Virus record (IMG/VR): IMGVR_UViG_3300027819_000011
Coordinates: 4,706 to 68,705 of that record
DNA: 64,000 nt
Source of the DNA: a virus
Lineage: Duplodnaviria; Caudoviricetes
Strand: one strand, 5' to 3'
Shown: piece by piece, positions 1 through 9,087 of the stretch
How the letters are laid out: every line of letters starts with the position of its first letter
Position numbering within the stretch: position 1 is the stretch's first letter
Made by a program: the position numbers and the translations under genes
Notes under the pieces: generated by a model
Database searches by the model: none
The model's input: the letters and a program-made list of their open reading frames with translations, nothing else
Told to the model about the DNA's origin: nothing

Positions 1-957
1 AGCGTAGTTCTCGTAAGAATCACGCATGACCTCGACAAGGTGGTTGTAGTCTGGTTCCCCCCACTTCCCGGGAACATCCCAGTTTCCGAAAATCCCGTGG
101 GGCTTCCTTAATTCGGGGACCCGCACCAGAAGGGCATCACCAGCGTATTCTGTCGGACCCGACCAATTTGCCACAATGGTAGGCACTCCCACGGCCATTG
201 ATTCGATGATCGGGAGGCCCCACCCTTCGGCCCTGCTGCAAGAGACGAAGACATGGGCTGATTGTAGCCGCCTGATATATTGATCTCTCTCTTCAAAATG
301 GATAGGTATGATTCGTGAATCAGCGATCCCATTGGCTTGTAGCCTTTCTTCGGTTGATTTGTAGGTATCAGACGGAAAGAGCGTATCCGCCAACAGGTAG
401 AGACAAACATCTTCATATTTCGGGTGAAGAATATCCGCAGGATAAGAATCAATGTCAAAAGGAAAAGCTTTGAGGAAAGCTTGACAAATTTCCAACGTAG
501 ACTTCCGGGGTTGCCATTGGCCGACGTGGAGAAAGTTGAAATGAAATTCCTTCCTGGTTTCGTCTATGCCGCTGGCCTCTGGTTTAAATATTTCCGGGTC
601 AACGCCCTCATGAACTACCTTTATGAATTCTTCCGGTATGCCTTGGGCAATTCCGCAGGCACGCTCCCACTCCGTTGTTACCCACATTTGGTCGTAAAGA
701 CAAAGCTTGTCCAAAAACTCGACAGGGTATTCCGTTGATTCCCAGACCGTGTAAAGTATTGACGGATATGGCCTACTAACAGTCGTATGCGCTGCCGTCA
801 CGACATCAAGAAGGGAAATATTGACTTCCCCTTCCGCGTTACGGTTGACAGGCACAAGCTTTTCCAGTTCCTTGACAAAGCAAGTCGCGTGTTGCCCGTA
901 TCCAGTGCGTTCGTTAAATGCTGCGAAAAACCCTACGCTTTTATACATCTTACCCAT
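1..957 (-). CDS. GT-B/GT4-family glycosyltransferase (3' end runs off the window; absent from the ORF track)
   Basis: Hand translation from ATG 957 (GGAGG upstream) is open to position 1: MGKMYKSVGFFAAFNERTGYG...YTVWESTEYP...HEGVDPEIF...FLHVGQWQPRKS...FVSCSRAEGWGLPIIESMAVGVPTIV. This includes the GT4 EGxGLPxxE(A/S)M signature. Confidence 0.88.
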   Translation of the reverse strand, partial: MGKMYKSVGFFAAFNERTGYGQHATCFVKELEKLVPVNRNAEGEVNISLLDVVTAAHTTVSRPYPSILYTVWESTEYPVEFLDKLCLYDQMWVTTEWERACGIAQGIPEEFIKVVHEGVDPEIFKPEASGIDETRKEFHFNFLHVGQWQPRKSTLEICQAFLKAFPFDIDSYPADILHPKYEDVCLYLLADTLFPSDTYKSTEERLQANGIADSRIIPIHFEERDQYIRRLQSAHVFVSCSRAEGWGLPIIESMAVGVPTIVANWSGPTEYAGDALLVRVPELRKPHGIFGNWDVPGKWGEPDYNHLVEVMRDSYENYA

Positions 958-1048
958 TTCTCTATTCCCTCCATAGAACCCTCAAGATTAAAACCGGGGA
1001 GGAAGATGAGGGTTTCTTTTTTCGGGCCATTGGTTCCCTATCCCCGGT

Positions 1049-1588
1049 CTATGTATGAACTACCAACTGTGCTCCTGCCGCTAACGTAATGGTGCCCTGC
1101 AAATCCAGGGTGTCATGAACAACGTATTGCTGCCGGTCGCCTACGTTTATGGTCTCGCTGGCAAGTATCTGCCAGAACGGGTAGGCGGCAGAGGACGAAG
1201 AACCGCTACTACCGCTTGTTCCCGATGTGCCCGAGGCACCGGCTGCGCCTGAAACCCCAGAAGAACCGGACGACCCGGAAGAGCCAGAACTACCAGACGT
1301 TCCCGCCGATCCGGTAGAACCGCTCGATCCACTGCTTCCCGAAGTTCCTGAAGTGCCGCTCGATCCACTCGTGCCTGATGTTCCATGAGTTCCCGATGTC
1401 CCAGAAGTAGAGCTACTGCCGCTTGACCCAGAGGTTGAACTTGAACCGCTGCTTCCAGATGTTCCGCTGGAGCCAGGCGTTCCCGTAGTCCCGGATGTTC
1501 CCGCAGAACCGGTAGAACCAGACGTACCCGCAACGGCTCGCGGCCTTGGCGTGATAAGCTCAACTACTTTTCGCGGGGGCCATGCCAT
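1049..1588 (-). CDS. Gly/Ser/Thr low-complexity protein, probably virion-associated
   Basis: About 110 aa of SGTSGSSG-type repeats between short unique termini; lies in the structural operon directly upstream of the GT4 gene. Confidence 0.75.
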   Translation of the reverse strand: MAWPPRKVVELITPRPRAVAGTSGSTGSAGTSGTTGTPGSSGTSGSSGSSSTSGSSGSSSTSGTSGTHGTSGTSGSSGTSGTSGSSGSSGSTGSAGTSGSSGSSGSSGSSGVSGAAGASGTSGTSGSSGSSSSAAYPFWQILASETINVGDRQQYVVHDTLDLQGTITLAAGAQLVVHT

Positions 1589-1597
1589 TCAGACCAC

Positions 1598-1981
1598 CTA
1601 TCTTACGTTCAGTTCCGCAGTAATCCGCGAAGTCCCGCTTGTGCCTATAACGGCAAGAATCTTCATAAATGGAGCAGTAACGGGCGTGAACGAAAGCGCA
1701 CCTTGAGAGCCGTCTGCACCAGAACCGGCAGTTCCGATTGTGCCCTTGTCGCCATTTGTCGGAGCGCGGTAATTGCCAGACGACTTGTCGGAAACCACAT
1801 ATTTGAAATTCGTAGTCGCTGCTGTCCCGGCAAGCCCTGACGCCCCGACTTCATAGGTAAGGGTAAATTCTCCTTTCCGGTTCGCTTCCCTGAGATCAAT
1901 TTGATCTGAGGTATAGGTGCCCCCGGTGCCGGCGGTATCTTTCCATAACGGAATCGTTGTCACATAATTCCTGTAAGCCAT
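1598..1981 (-). CDS. Hypothetical structural-operon protein with GTAG/GTSG motifs
   Basis: 127-aa ORF, GGAGG RBS, co-oriented with the capsid operon. Confidence 0.7.
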   Translation of the reverse strand: MAYRNYVTTIPLWKDTAGTGGTYTSDQIDLREANRKGEFTLTYEVGASGLAGTAATTNFKYVVSDKSSGNYRAPTNGDKGTIGTAGSGADGSQGALSFTPVTAPFMKILAVIGTSGTSRITAELNVR

Positions 1982-2002
1982 AATGCTTTCCTCCCGTTAC
2001 GG

Positions 2003-2224
2003 TTAGAGCCCTGTTGCAAATATCGCGTTTGTGCCCGCCAAAGCTGCCGTGCCCGAACTGGCATAATGCGCGACACTGGTAGTGCCGGCCCGACCTGCCG
2101 ATGTTGCCTTTGAAGCGGTCCCGGAGTTCCCGGCGGTTGTCGCAACTTTGTCCATGTCGCCAACTACAAGAGAGGTGTTATTTTCAAGGTCTTCAATGAG
2201 TTGTTTTATTCTTAAAATCGCCAT
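2003..2224 (-). CDS. Small hypothetical structural-operon protein (A/G/T/S-rich C-terminus)
   Basis: ATG at 2224 preceded by GAAGGAGG; C-terminus TTAGNSGTASKATSAGRAGTT. Confidence 0.65.
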   Translation of the reverse strand: MAILRIKQLIEDLENNTSLVVGDMDKVATTAGNSGTASKATSAGRAGTTSVAHYASSGTAALAGTNAIFATGL

Positions 2225-2281
2225 GTTTTGTTCCTCCTTCAGAGGGGTAAGTGAACTGCTCAACTGGGTTGAAAGTTAAAA

Positions 2282-3052
2282 TCAGCTTCCGAATTCACGA
2301 GGCCGGAAGCGTTGCCGTGTTGCTAAGGTTTTTCTCATTCTTTCCGTGTAGGCATCGGGCAAAGGCCCGAATTGCTGCGTAAACCGCTTCTCAAACACCG
2401 CTGCGAGATTCAGGTTAAGCGTTTTGTCGTTAGGCTTCAGGTAGGCAAGGTGAGCGGCCCAATTTATCAAGCCTTCGTGATACTTCTCCTCGATTTCCGG
2501 CTGGGTTGTGGCCACAAAGGAAATAAGCGGGATGCGGGACACTACCAAGTAGGCGGTAGTCGCAACGGATGGGGCCTGCACAAAAGTTATGGTGTTGGGC
2601 GGCTCGTTAATGAAGAACGTCGGCACCCCGCCCGAACCTGCCGTCCCCACCGTTCCCGAAGTCCCCCACCATCCCGACATCAAGTCATCGAGCTCAGCAT
2701 ACGACACCGGGCCGTTTATCGGGTAGGTCATTGACTTGAACTGCACCCGCTTGACCTGGAGGATCTTGGGAGACAGGAGATAAGTTGCCTTGTCTGCCGT
2801 AATAGGAAGTACACAGAGTTGTCTTTCCCCCTGCGTCCCTGATGTACCCGCCGTCCCTGCACTCGTGGCCGTGCCGGATGTGCCGTAGTCAACAGGGGTA
2901 GTCCAGTCAATAAGAAGGTGTGCCCTGCGGCATGCCTGCACTTCTGCGTAATTCAGGAACCGCATCAGTTCGGCGTCAAGCCACTTGTAGGGCACTTCCA
3001 CATCGTCAAGAACATCATTCCTGAGATAGGCAAGCATATCGGAGCCGAGCAT
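2282..3052 (-). CDS. Head-tail adaptor / tail tubular protein A-like (DUF6682-type)
   Basis: N-terminal 'LRNDVLDD...YKWLDAELMRFLNYAEVQACRR' and C-terminal 'PEIEEKYHEGLINWAAHLAYLK' pattern typical of podovirus adaptors; downstream of the capsid genes. Confidence 0.7.
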   Translation of the reverse strand: MLGSDMLAYLRNDVLDDVEVPYKWLDAELMRFLNYAEVQACRRAHLLIDWTTPVDYGTSGTATSAGTAGTSGTQGERQLCVLPITADKATYLLSPKILQVKRVQFKSMTYPINGPVSYAELDDLMSGWWGTSGTVGTAGSGGVPTFFINEPPNTITFVQAPSVATTAYLVVSRIPLISFVATTQPEIEEKYHEGLINWAAHLAYLKPNDKTLNLNLAAVFEKRFTQQFGPLPDAYTERMRKTLATRQRFRPREFGS

Positions 3053-3063
3053 TTAAGACCTCC

Positions 3064-3456
3064 TTACGGAAAATCCACCCTGGAGTTGACGGAACCCTGC
3101 GCCAATGCGATAGCTTCCGGGGAAGGCATAGAGGCACCTCCTTCTGTCTCGTCTTTGCCGCTGTCCACATCTTCTTGGATCAAAATGTAGTTGATCCGAT
3201 GAATGTCTTTCGTGTAGACCTTGCCATCCTGCCCGGTAATGCTCTCCGTCCTGATTCGGGTGTCAAGCATCTTGCGAACCGGCCGGGGGAGGTCAATCTC
3301 CACACCGGGCTTAGCAAGAAAGGCATAGCCGTTCAGTGAAAAGAACAAGCCCTCCTTGGGAATCTCGCTTGACTCCTGAATGATGATCCTGTCCCTGACA
3401 TGCCCCCTTGGGCTGGTGAAAAACTCTTCGCCTTTGTTCTTCTTCTGGAATGTCAT
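3064..3456 (-). CDS. Conserved hypothetical phage structural-region protein
   Basis: 130-aa ORF with RBS; 'FSLNGYAFLAKPGVEIDLPRPV' resembles proteins that follow N4-type capsid genes. Confidence 0.6.
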   Translation of the reverse strand: MTFQKKNKGEEFFTSPRGHVRDRIIIQESSEIPKEGLFFSLNGYAFLAKPGVEIDLPRPVRKMLDTRIRTESITGQDGKVYTKDIHRINYILIQEDVDSGKDETEGGASMPSPEAIALAQGSVNSRVDFP

Positions 3457-3482
3457 AATTTCCCCTCAAGTTTTATGGGGTA

Positions 3483-3513
3483 GCGGGAAGGAGGCAATGC
3501 ACCTCCTTCCCGC
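3483..3513 (-). terminator. Perfect 12-bp hairpin after the capsid/decoration genes (no U-tract)
   Basis: GCGGGAAGGAGG-caatgca-CCTCCTTCCCGC in the intergenic gap; could be a weak terminator or an mRNA stabiliser. Confidence 0.55.
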
Positions 3514-3521
3514 ACCCAAGT

Positions 3522-4091
3522 TTACTCGCTAAACGGCATATGAAGCAGGTTCTTCATCACCGAAACCGTTCCGCATGTCGCATTGGTGTTCCCGGACAAC
3601 ACGTTGTTCCCGCCAGCCGTACCGCCGCCGAAACGGATGTACTTGCCGGAAGTCGTGTTGTACTCGCAGTACCCTACCGCAACCATCCCATCGGGGCAGT
3701 TGGGAAGCTTGGCCGCCGTTGAAGATGCGCCTTCATTGCCCGCGACGCAAGTTGCCCCGGTCCCGAATTTAGCCGCCACGAGGTATTTTACCCAGGTGTT
3801 AGACGACTGTGTACCTGCGGGAAGGAAGATGTTGTCCTGTGCCGCCATGGTGCCCATCTGGCCGTTAATTGCAAGCGTCACGTCAAAGGCCAGTTTCAGC
3901 CCCGCAGTTCCGCCGGTCCCGATTCCGGCGTTAAAGCTCGTGCCGCCGGTAGTTCCCGAAGTGCCCGCAATTACGCGGTTGGTTATGGACTGAATCGCTC
4001 TCCTGATGGACTCCATCGGGAAGGCGTTGTAAACTTTGTCCGGTGCATCTTCTACGGATACAACCGGGTCATCAAATTTCTTGTAAGCCAT
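3522..4091 (-). CDS. Putative capsid decoration/cement protein
   Basis: 189-aa G/T/A-rich protein immediately after the major capsid gene; the call rests on position. Confidence 0.55.
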   Translation of the reverse strand: MAYKKFDDPVVSVEDAPDKVYNAFPMESIRRAIQSITNRVIAGTSGTTGGTSFNAGIGTGGTAGLKLAFDVTLAINGQMGTMAAQDNIFLPAGTQSSNTWVKYLVAAKFGTGATCVAGNEGASSTAAKLPNCPDGMVAVGYCEYNTTSGKYIRFGGGTAGGNNVLSGNTNATCGTVSVMKNLLHMPFSE

Positions 4092-4177
4092 TGTTAGGTC
4101 CTCCTAAGTTAAAGTGTCGTCCCAGGCTAATGAGTAGAACTGGCACCATGGCTGGGATGGTCACGGCGCGAAAGATT

Positions 4178-5170
4178 TTAGTCAGTACATGCCGCTTCAT
4201 ACACCGCCATCCAAGAATCGTTAAGGATAACAGTACCTTGCAGCGTTTTCCATCCAATCGACCCTCTCTGCCCAAGGGGATCTCCGCCGCGTGGGGTGTT
4301 GGGATTCAACACCATCGGCGTAATGGCGAACTTGCCCTTCAGTGCGATAACGCCATAGGCGTCGCGCCCGAAGTACATTACCGGGTAAACATCGCAGTTC
4401 GTCCCGGCAGTCGTGAGTTTTCCGGTCGTGGTCGCTGATCCGCCATCCTCGTAGGGCGAAAAAATGGTTGAGGTCAGATACCGCACATGCTCGCAGGCGC
4501 CGACTTCGGTTTCCCACTTCGGCATATTGCCGTAATCCACAACTGACGTAAATCCGGTCATGCTGCGGATGTCGGTCTCAAGATCGGTATGGGTCACGCC
4601 GACATAGGCCGGAAGAATGGATTCCTGGTTGAAAGCCGGAGTGGATTTTACGATCTGTGTGATGAACCCGGCCTCCTGCCGTTTGAGCGAACGGACTATT
4701 TTCCGCTGGTCGGCGCGAGAGATCACGGCCACGACAGATGTGCGGCCCGCCACGGAATTACTATAGAAAACATTACTACACGCCTTGAGCACATCATACC
4801 GATTCTTCTCCACGACTTTGGCGGCCTGCTCACCGACGATCCCCATGGATTCATGCTGCACCGCGTCCTCGTGGGTGTCGGCAATAATGTCGGTAATTTC
4901 CACAAAGTCGCCGTCCTGCGCGAGAGTTACGCTAACATCCGTAGAGGTAAGCTTTTTGCCCGGAGGGGTCACGCCTTCGGTAAGGCGCGTTCCGGTAGTT
5001 GCCAGGGCGTTGTACCGCCTGAATTTCATCGACGTTGTTTTGTTGCCGGGAAGGGACTTGCTCTGGCCGAATTTTTCCAAGCACAGATAGGGCATCGCCC
5101 GTTTGAGCAATTCCACGACTACGTAGGCCGCAGTCCTGGGCGAGATGTCTCCATAAACTGTTGCTGCCAT
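4178..5170 (-). CDS. Major capsid protein, N4-gp56 family
   Basis: YGDISPRTAAY...KFGQSKSLPGNKTTSMKFRRY...LTEGVTP...DVYPVMYFGRDAYG...GGDPLGQRGSIGWK are hallmark N4-gp56-type motifs. Confidence 0.93.
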   Translation of the reverse strand: MAATVYGDISPRTAAYVVVELLKRAMPYLCLEKFGQSKSLPGNKTTSMKFRRYNALATTGTRLTEGVTPPGKKLTSTDVSVTLAQDGDFVEITDIIADTHEDAVQHESMGIVGEQAAKVVEKNRYDVLKACSNVFYSNSVAGRTSVVAVISRADQRKIVRSLKRQEAGFITQIVKSTPAFNQESILPAYVGVTHTDLETDIRSMTGFTSVVDYGNMPKWETEVGACEHVRYLTSTIFSPYEDGGSATTTGKLTTAGTNCDVYPVMYFGRDAYGVIALKGKFAITPMVLNPNTPRGGDPLGQRGSIGWKTLQGTVILNDSWMAVYEAACTD

Positions 5171-5172
5171 AA

Positions 5173-6204
5173 TTATTTTCCTCCTGATCTATTAACAGCC
5201 TCTTCAAACGCGCCTTCAAAGTCGTCTGCCACCTGATAGCCGGTAGCGACTGCGCCTCGCCTCGTTGTTACGGTGCTGAGGGCGGCCTTCTTTTCGGCCT
5301 TTTTAGGTGTCATGGTGACGACATTCGACTGCGTTTCCGTTTGCGGGCTGGTTAGGGGTATGTTGTTTTCGCGTTTGTAGTCATTCAGCAAATCTATGAC
5401 TTCATCCGCACTTCCTTTCTGGATGGTATTCAGCAATGCTGGCTGGAGATATTTCGGCTTTGACTCTACCCAGGTCATGAGATCGACATGACCCTCTCCA
5501 CCGTCCGCATAGGTTCGATAGTCAGAATGAGCAGCCTCAATGGCTTCCCAATGAAGGGCTAAATCATCTGCTTCAAGCTTTTTTGTAACGGGGTTAAGTT
5601 CGCCACGGATCGTTGAAATCTCGGCTTTCATTTCAGTCCTGATTTCATCCTTGATCTGGTCAAGTCTTTTCGATAACCGTCCTAACTCAGCTTTTCTCTT
5701 GATACCTTCCGCTTTTGATACAACGTCAAAGGCGTCCTCGTACTGCGCCAAAACTTCCTTGTCCTCTGGGCTAAGGGAGTCGTAGGCATCGGCTGCCTCT
5801 TTGTCTGTAAGTTTCCCTGGTGATGGTTCTGTCTTGGGTTCTGTCTTGGGCTTTTTGGCCTCCTCTACTTGCGACAATAGTTCGCGTTCGCGGGCGTCCC
5901 AGGTTTCCTTGTCTTTCCGGTGAATGCCCTGGAGGGTCTTGTATCGCTGTTCGTATTTCTCCTCTGTCTCGCCCGGCTGTTTTTCTATCGCAGCGGTGGC
6001 AACGGGCTCTTCTTTTGCTTCTGCCGCTTTTGCGGGTTGCGTTTCCGCCTTCACGACCGGGGCTGATTCCTCTGCCGGAATCTTTATTTCTGCATTTATC
6101 CCGGAAACTTCAGCGGCCTCGTTAAACGCTCCCTCGAATTCGTCGTCAAGCGCTTCTCCCGCCGTTCCCAATGTTCCCTCATCATCGGTTTTCGCTGCTG
6201 TCAT
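5173..6204 (-). CDS. Capsid scaffolding protein
   Basis: Acidic, helical/coiled-coil 343-aa protein between portal and capsid genes; strong GGAGG RBS. Confidence 0.8.
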   Translation of the reverse strand: MTAAKTDDEGTLGTAGEALDDEFEGAFNEAAEVSGINAEIKIPAEESAPVVKAETQPAKAAEAKEEPVATAAIEKQPGETEEKYEQRYKTLQGIHRKDKETWDARERELLSQVEEAKKPKTEPKTEPSPGKLTDKEAADAYDSLSPEDKEVLAQYEDAFDVVSKAEGIKRKAELGRLSKRLDQIKDEIRTEMKAEISTIRGELNPVTKKLEADDLALHWEAIEAAHSDYRTYADGGEGHVDLMTWVESKPKYLQPALLNTIQKGSADEVIDLLNDYKRENNIPLTSPQTETQSNVVTMTPKKAEKKAALSTVTTRRGAVATGYQVADDFEGAFEEAVNRSGGK

Positions 6205-6222
6205 GCTGTCCTCCTAAGTAGA

Positions 6223-6301
6223 AATAAAAAAGGCGACCGGAGAAAATTAATTCTCGTGGTCGCCTATGGCTCAGCGTGTAAATTTGAGTTTAGACCGCTA
6301 T
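6223..6301 (-). promoter_or_regulatory. Conserved late leader/attenuator element, copy A (includes an intrinsic terminator)
   Basis: Minus strand ATAGCGGTCTAAACTCA...GAGCCATAGGCGACC-N-ATTAATT-N-GGTCGCCTTTTTTATT; near-identical copy at 39456-39529. Confidence 0.75.
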
Positions 6302-6450
6302 TAAGTTTTCGTTATAAGCGGCTGTATTTTTCTTTTCAATCCTTCCAATGTTTTCAGTATTTCTATAAGCTCATTCCGGCTAAGAGTGACAACTTGGTTC
6401 TCTCCTTTCGCCATTAGAACTACTGTTCTATCTATGCCTTGATTCGCCAT
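6301..6450 (-). CDS. Small hypothetical protein, 49 aa (not in track)
   Basis: MANQGIDRTVVLMAKGENQVVTLSRNELIEILKTLEGLKRKIQPLITKT fills the gap just upstream of leader copy A. Confidence 0.45.
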   Translation of the reverse strand: MANQGIDRTVVLMAKGENQVVTLSRNELIEILKTLEGLKRKIQPLITKT

Positions 6451-6485
6451 GTACGCTTAAATTCCTATAATGTCAAGGGAAATGT

Positions 6486-6719
6486 TCAACTTTGCCTGCT
6501 TGGAGTAGGCAGCCCTTTCTCGATATATTCCTTTACGGTCTTGTACGCATCGATCCGCCCCTTGTTTACCGGGAAATCATCTCTCCCGGCGGTATCATTG
6601 TCAACCCTGACCTCAGCAATCAGGATATCAAGCAGTTGTGAGAAGTTACGGCACGTAGGGTTGTTTTTATTGCTGTTGATTTCGGAAATCAAATCAGCTT
6701 TCTTGGGGTCGAGGTACAT
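6486..6719 (-). CDS. Small conserved portal-adjacent protein
   Basis: 77-aa ORF whose start overlaps the portal stop codon. Confidence 0.65.
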   Translation of the reverse strand: MYLDPKKADLISEINSNKNNPTCRNFSQLLDILIAEVRVDNDTAGRDDFPVNKGRIDAYKTVKEYIEKGLPTPSRQS

Positions 6720-9064
6720 TATTTCTCCTTCTTGGCGACTTTCTTTGGTTTGGGCTCATTTTTGGGCTTGCTGGCTGCCGTTTTCTTGGCCTGCACGCCT
6801 GCCTCTGTCATTTTCTCCTTCAACATCATCCCGTGGGCTGCACTTTGGGCCTTGATTCCCATGTCCTGGGTGACCTTTGCCGTTTCCATGGTCATTTTGG
6901 TCTGGTGAGCAGCGTCTTTTTGCGCCATATCCATCCGGTGAGCTTCAGCCCCTTGCTGCATTTCCGATACCTTTCCCATCATCTCAAGTTCTTTGGCCTT
7001 AACTTCAAGCTCCTGGAGCCTTGGATCTGCCGATTCCGGCTGTTCAATGGGCGTAGCTGCGTCCTTTGCCGCCGCCACGTCTTTTTCCTTCGCCTTTGAC
7101 AGCATAGCCATGGTTTGCGACCGCTTGTAAGCAATCTCCCCCTTCTGCATCTCGACGGCAAGCTGCATTTCCATGGACTGTTGCCGTGCTTCGGTTTCCT
7201 TCTGTACCTGCTCCTCAGTTTTGAGCTTGATAATAATGTCATGGGCCTTCAGCTTTTCCTCCAAGAAGTCACGGCGGGGGATGTATTGCCATTCTTCGGG
7301 CGTTAAGGTCGTGGTCAACTGAGCAAGGGCCTGCATCCTTATTTCCTTCATGACAAGCGAAGACACGCCGCGAGCCTTGCATTGGTAGTCGCCCTTAATG
7401 TCCTGCCGGGGGTTAAATTCCATGTTCCAGGTATAAAGGTCGCGGATAATCTTCTCCGTAAAGGCATCGAAGTTCTTCACCACATCTTTGATGGAAATCG
7501 TTATCATGGACTGCCTGCCCGACGTGGCCTGGGCGGTCTCGTTGTTCGTGGCCTGTCCTATCAGCCATGTCGGAAGCGTAGATTCTATGTCGGCAAAGTT
7601 CTCGAAGCGGTCAATGATGGTCAGAAGTTCCGCAATGTGGGAGTCAAAGTTAAGCGCCCGAAGTGCAGGATACTGAGCATCTACGCCCCTGCCCTCCCTG
7701 AACCATATCTTGCGGGGGTAAATTGAATTGATGTCGGTATCCGGTGTCATGAGTGACCAGTTGCATTCTACCTGCGGGCCGGCAACGCAGGCCGCGTTGT
7801 CCAGCACCATACGGGCACCTGCTCCTATCGAAAGTGCCGAGTGACGGATAATTCGGGCAAGTCCCTCCCCGAAAATCGAAGTCTCGTCCTTCTCGTAATA
7901 GAACACCTTGTACTGATCCAGCGGGGTATCAAACAGAACCGACTTGATTACCTTGTTGCCGAGTACCCAAATACAGGCACCGTATTCAAGCTCCACGTCC
8001 TCAATGTCTACTCCGCAAGCCTGAAGATCGGCGCCATCAACGTAGCCCCAAAACTCCAAGACTTCGTATTTCTTTCCTGAAGGACGGTTTGTCCGTTCCG
8101 CGTTGTTGTCGTCGAACATAGCATCGGCAGAACTTGTCGAGGAAGACGCACGGGCGGTTGAATGCTTGCCGGTTGACGCCTCTATTTCTATGGTTTGGAG
8201 ATCGACTTCCCAGTTCTTCGGCACATAGTTCCCGTTTGGGTAGTCGGATAGGAACTGCGTTATAATGTCGCCGTAAAAGTCGTCACGCTTTATAAGAAGG
8301 CGGAGATCATGTTTCGTCATGGTGTGGCGCTGGTACGAACCTGTCATTTTTTCAATTTCCGTAACCGACATATCGGGATACCAGTCCCATATACGAACGG
8401 CCTCCAGATACGGCACTTCTTCGTCGTCCGTGCGTTCTACGAAGTCCCCTGTTGCCGAATCCGCCTCCCACCGGCGCTTTGTGCGCTTCGAGATAAGCGG
8501 TCCCTTCATAATGCCGGTTCCGTAGTCGAGGCCGGACCGCAGCACCTTCTTGGTTTCTTCCGGGTACTGCATTTCGGTAAGCTGGTCGTCAATTTGCTGC
8601 GACATTTTACCGCAGGCTTTTTCTACGAAATCGTTTATGGCGATATGCACGTCTTCGATAGTCGGCAAGGCGGTTTCGCCGGTTTCCGGGTTCTGCTGTA
8701 TAAGGGACTGGACGATTTCCTTCACGGTTTCACGTGAAACACGTGGTTCCGGGGTCGGGATGATTTCCCAATTCTTGTCGGTTTCCGGGAACAACATCTC
8801 GTGGAGCCTTGACAACACGATGTTCAGTTTGGAGCGGGTAATCTTCGGATAAACCTTGGAATTGTTTGGCTCTATCTTAACATCGGGATCGTAAATGCCC
8901 TTTTTCTGCCTGAGTGATTCCAGCCATTCAAGTTCTTTTGTCCGGCGGTAGGCGTCATAACTGGAAAACTGAGCGCGGAGCCTGAGCCCAAAATTATCCA
9001 TAACGTCTGAATTACGGCGGGGTTCGCTGAATTCCTTCTCTATTTGATCCGCTTGTTCTGGCAT
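6719..9064 (-). CDS. Portal protein
   Basis: 781 aa between TerL and scaffold; 'YGTGIMKGP', 'YYEKDETSIFGEGLARII', 'MVLDNAA' and a coiled-coil C-terminal barrel, as in P22/N4-like podovirus portals. Confidence 0.9.
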   Translation of the reverse strand: MPEQADQIEKEFSEPRRNSDVMDNFGLRLRAQFSSYDAYRRTKELEWLESLRQKKGIYDPDVKIEPNNSKVYPKITRSKLNIVLSRLHEMLFPETDKNWEIIPTPEPRVSRETVKEIVQSLIQQNPETGETALPTIEDVHIAINDFVEKACGKMSQQIDDQLTEMQYPEETKKVLRSGLDYGTGIMKGPLISKRTKRRWEADSATGDFVERTDDEEVPYLEAVRIWDWYPDMSVTEIEKMTGSYQRHTMTKHDLRLLIKRDDFYGDIITQFLSDYPNGNYVPKNWEVDLQTIEIEASTGKHSTARASSSTSSADAMFDDNNAERTNRPSGKKYEVLEFWGYVDGADLQACGVDIEDVELEYGACIWVLGNKVIKSVLFDTPLDQYKVFYYEKDETSIFGEGLARIIRHSALSIGAGARMVLDNAACVAGPQVECNWSLMTPDTDINSIYPRKIWFREGRGVDAQYPALRALNFDSHIAELLTIIDRFENFADIESTLPTWLIGQATNNETAQATSGRQSMITISIKDVVKNFDAFTEKIIRDLYTWNMEFNPRQDIKGDYQCKARGVSSLVMKEIRMQALAQLTTTLTPEEWQYIPRRDFLEEKLKAHDIIIKLKTEEQVQKETEARQQSMEMQLAVEMQKGEIAYKRSQTMAMLSKAKEKDVAAAKDAATPIEQPESADPRLQELEVKAKELEMMGKVSEMQQGAEAHRMDMAQKDAAHQTKMTMETAKVTQDMGIKAQSAAHGMMLKEKMTEAGVQAKKTAASKPKNEPKPKKVAKKEK

Positions 9065-9087
9065 GGTGTCCTCCTGTTAGCGGCCCC

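Noticed and set aside
1200-1530. Nucleotide-level tandem repeat array or collagen
   Set aside because: Repeats are at protein level with varied codons, and lack the Gly-X-Pro content of collagen.
1147-1563. 138-aa minus-strand ORF and other overlapping track ORFs (e.g. 424-738, 4589-5236, 59505-60260)
   Set aside because: Alternate-frame or antisense shadows of real genes, with no RBS or motif; unlike 10879-11592, which has both.
6257-6275. JUMPstart/ops (RfaH) site in the leader (GCTGAGCCATAGGCG)
   Set aside because: Superficial likeness to GAGCCAGGGGCG, but the required GGCGGTAG core is absent in both copies.
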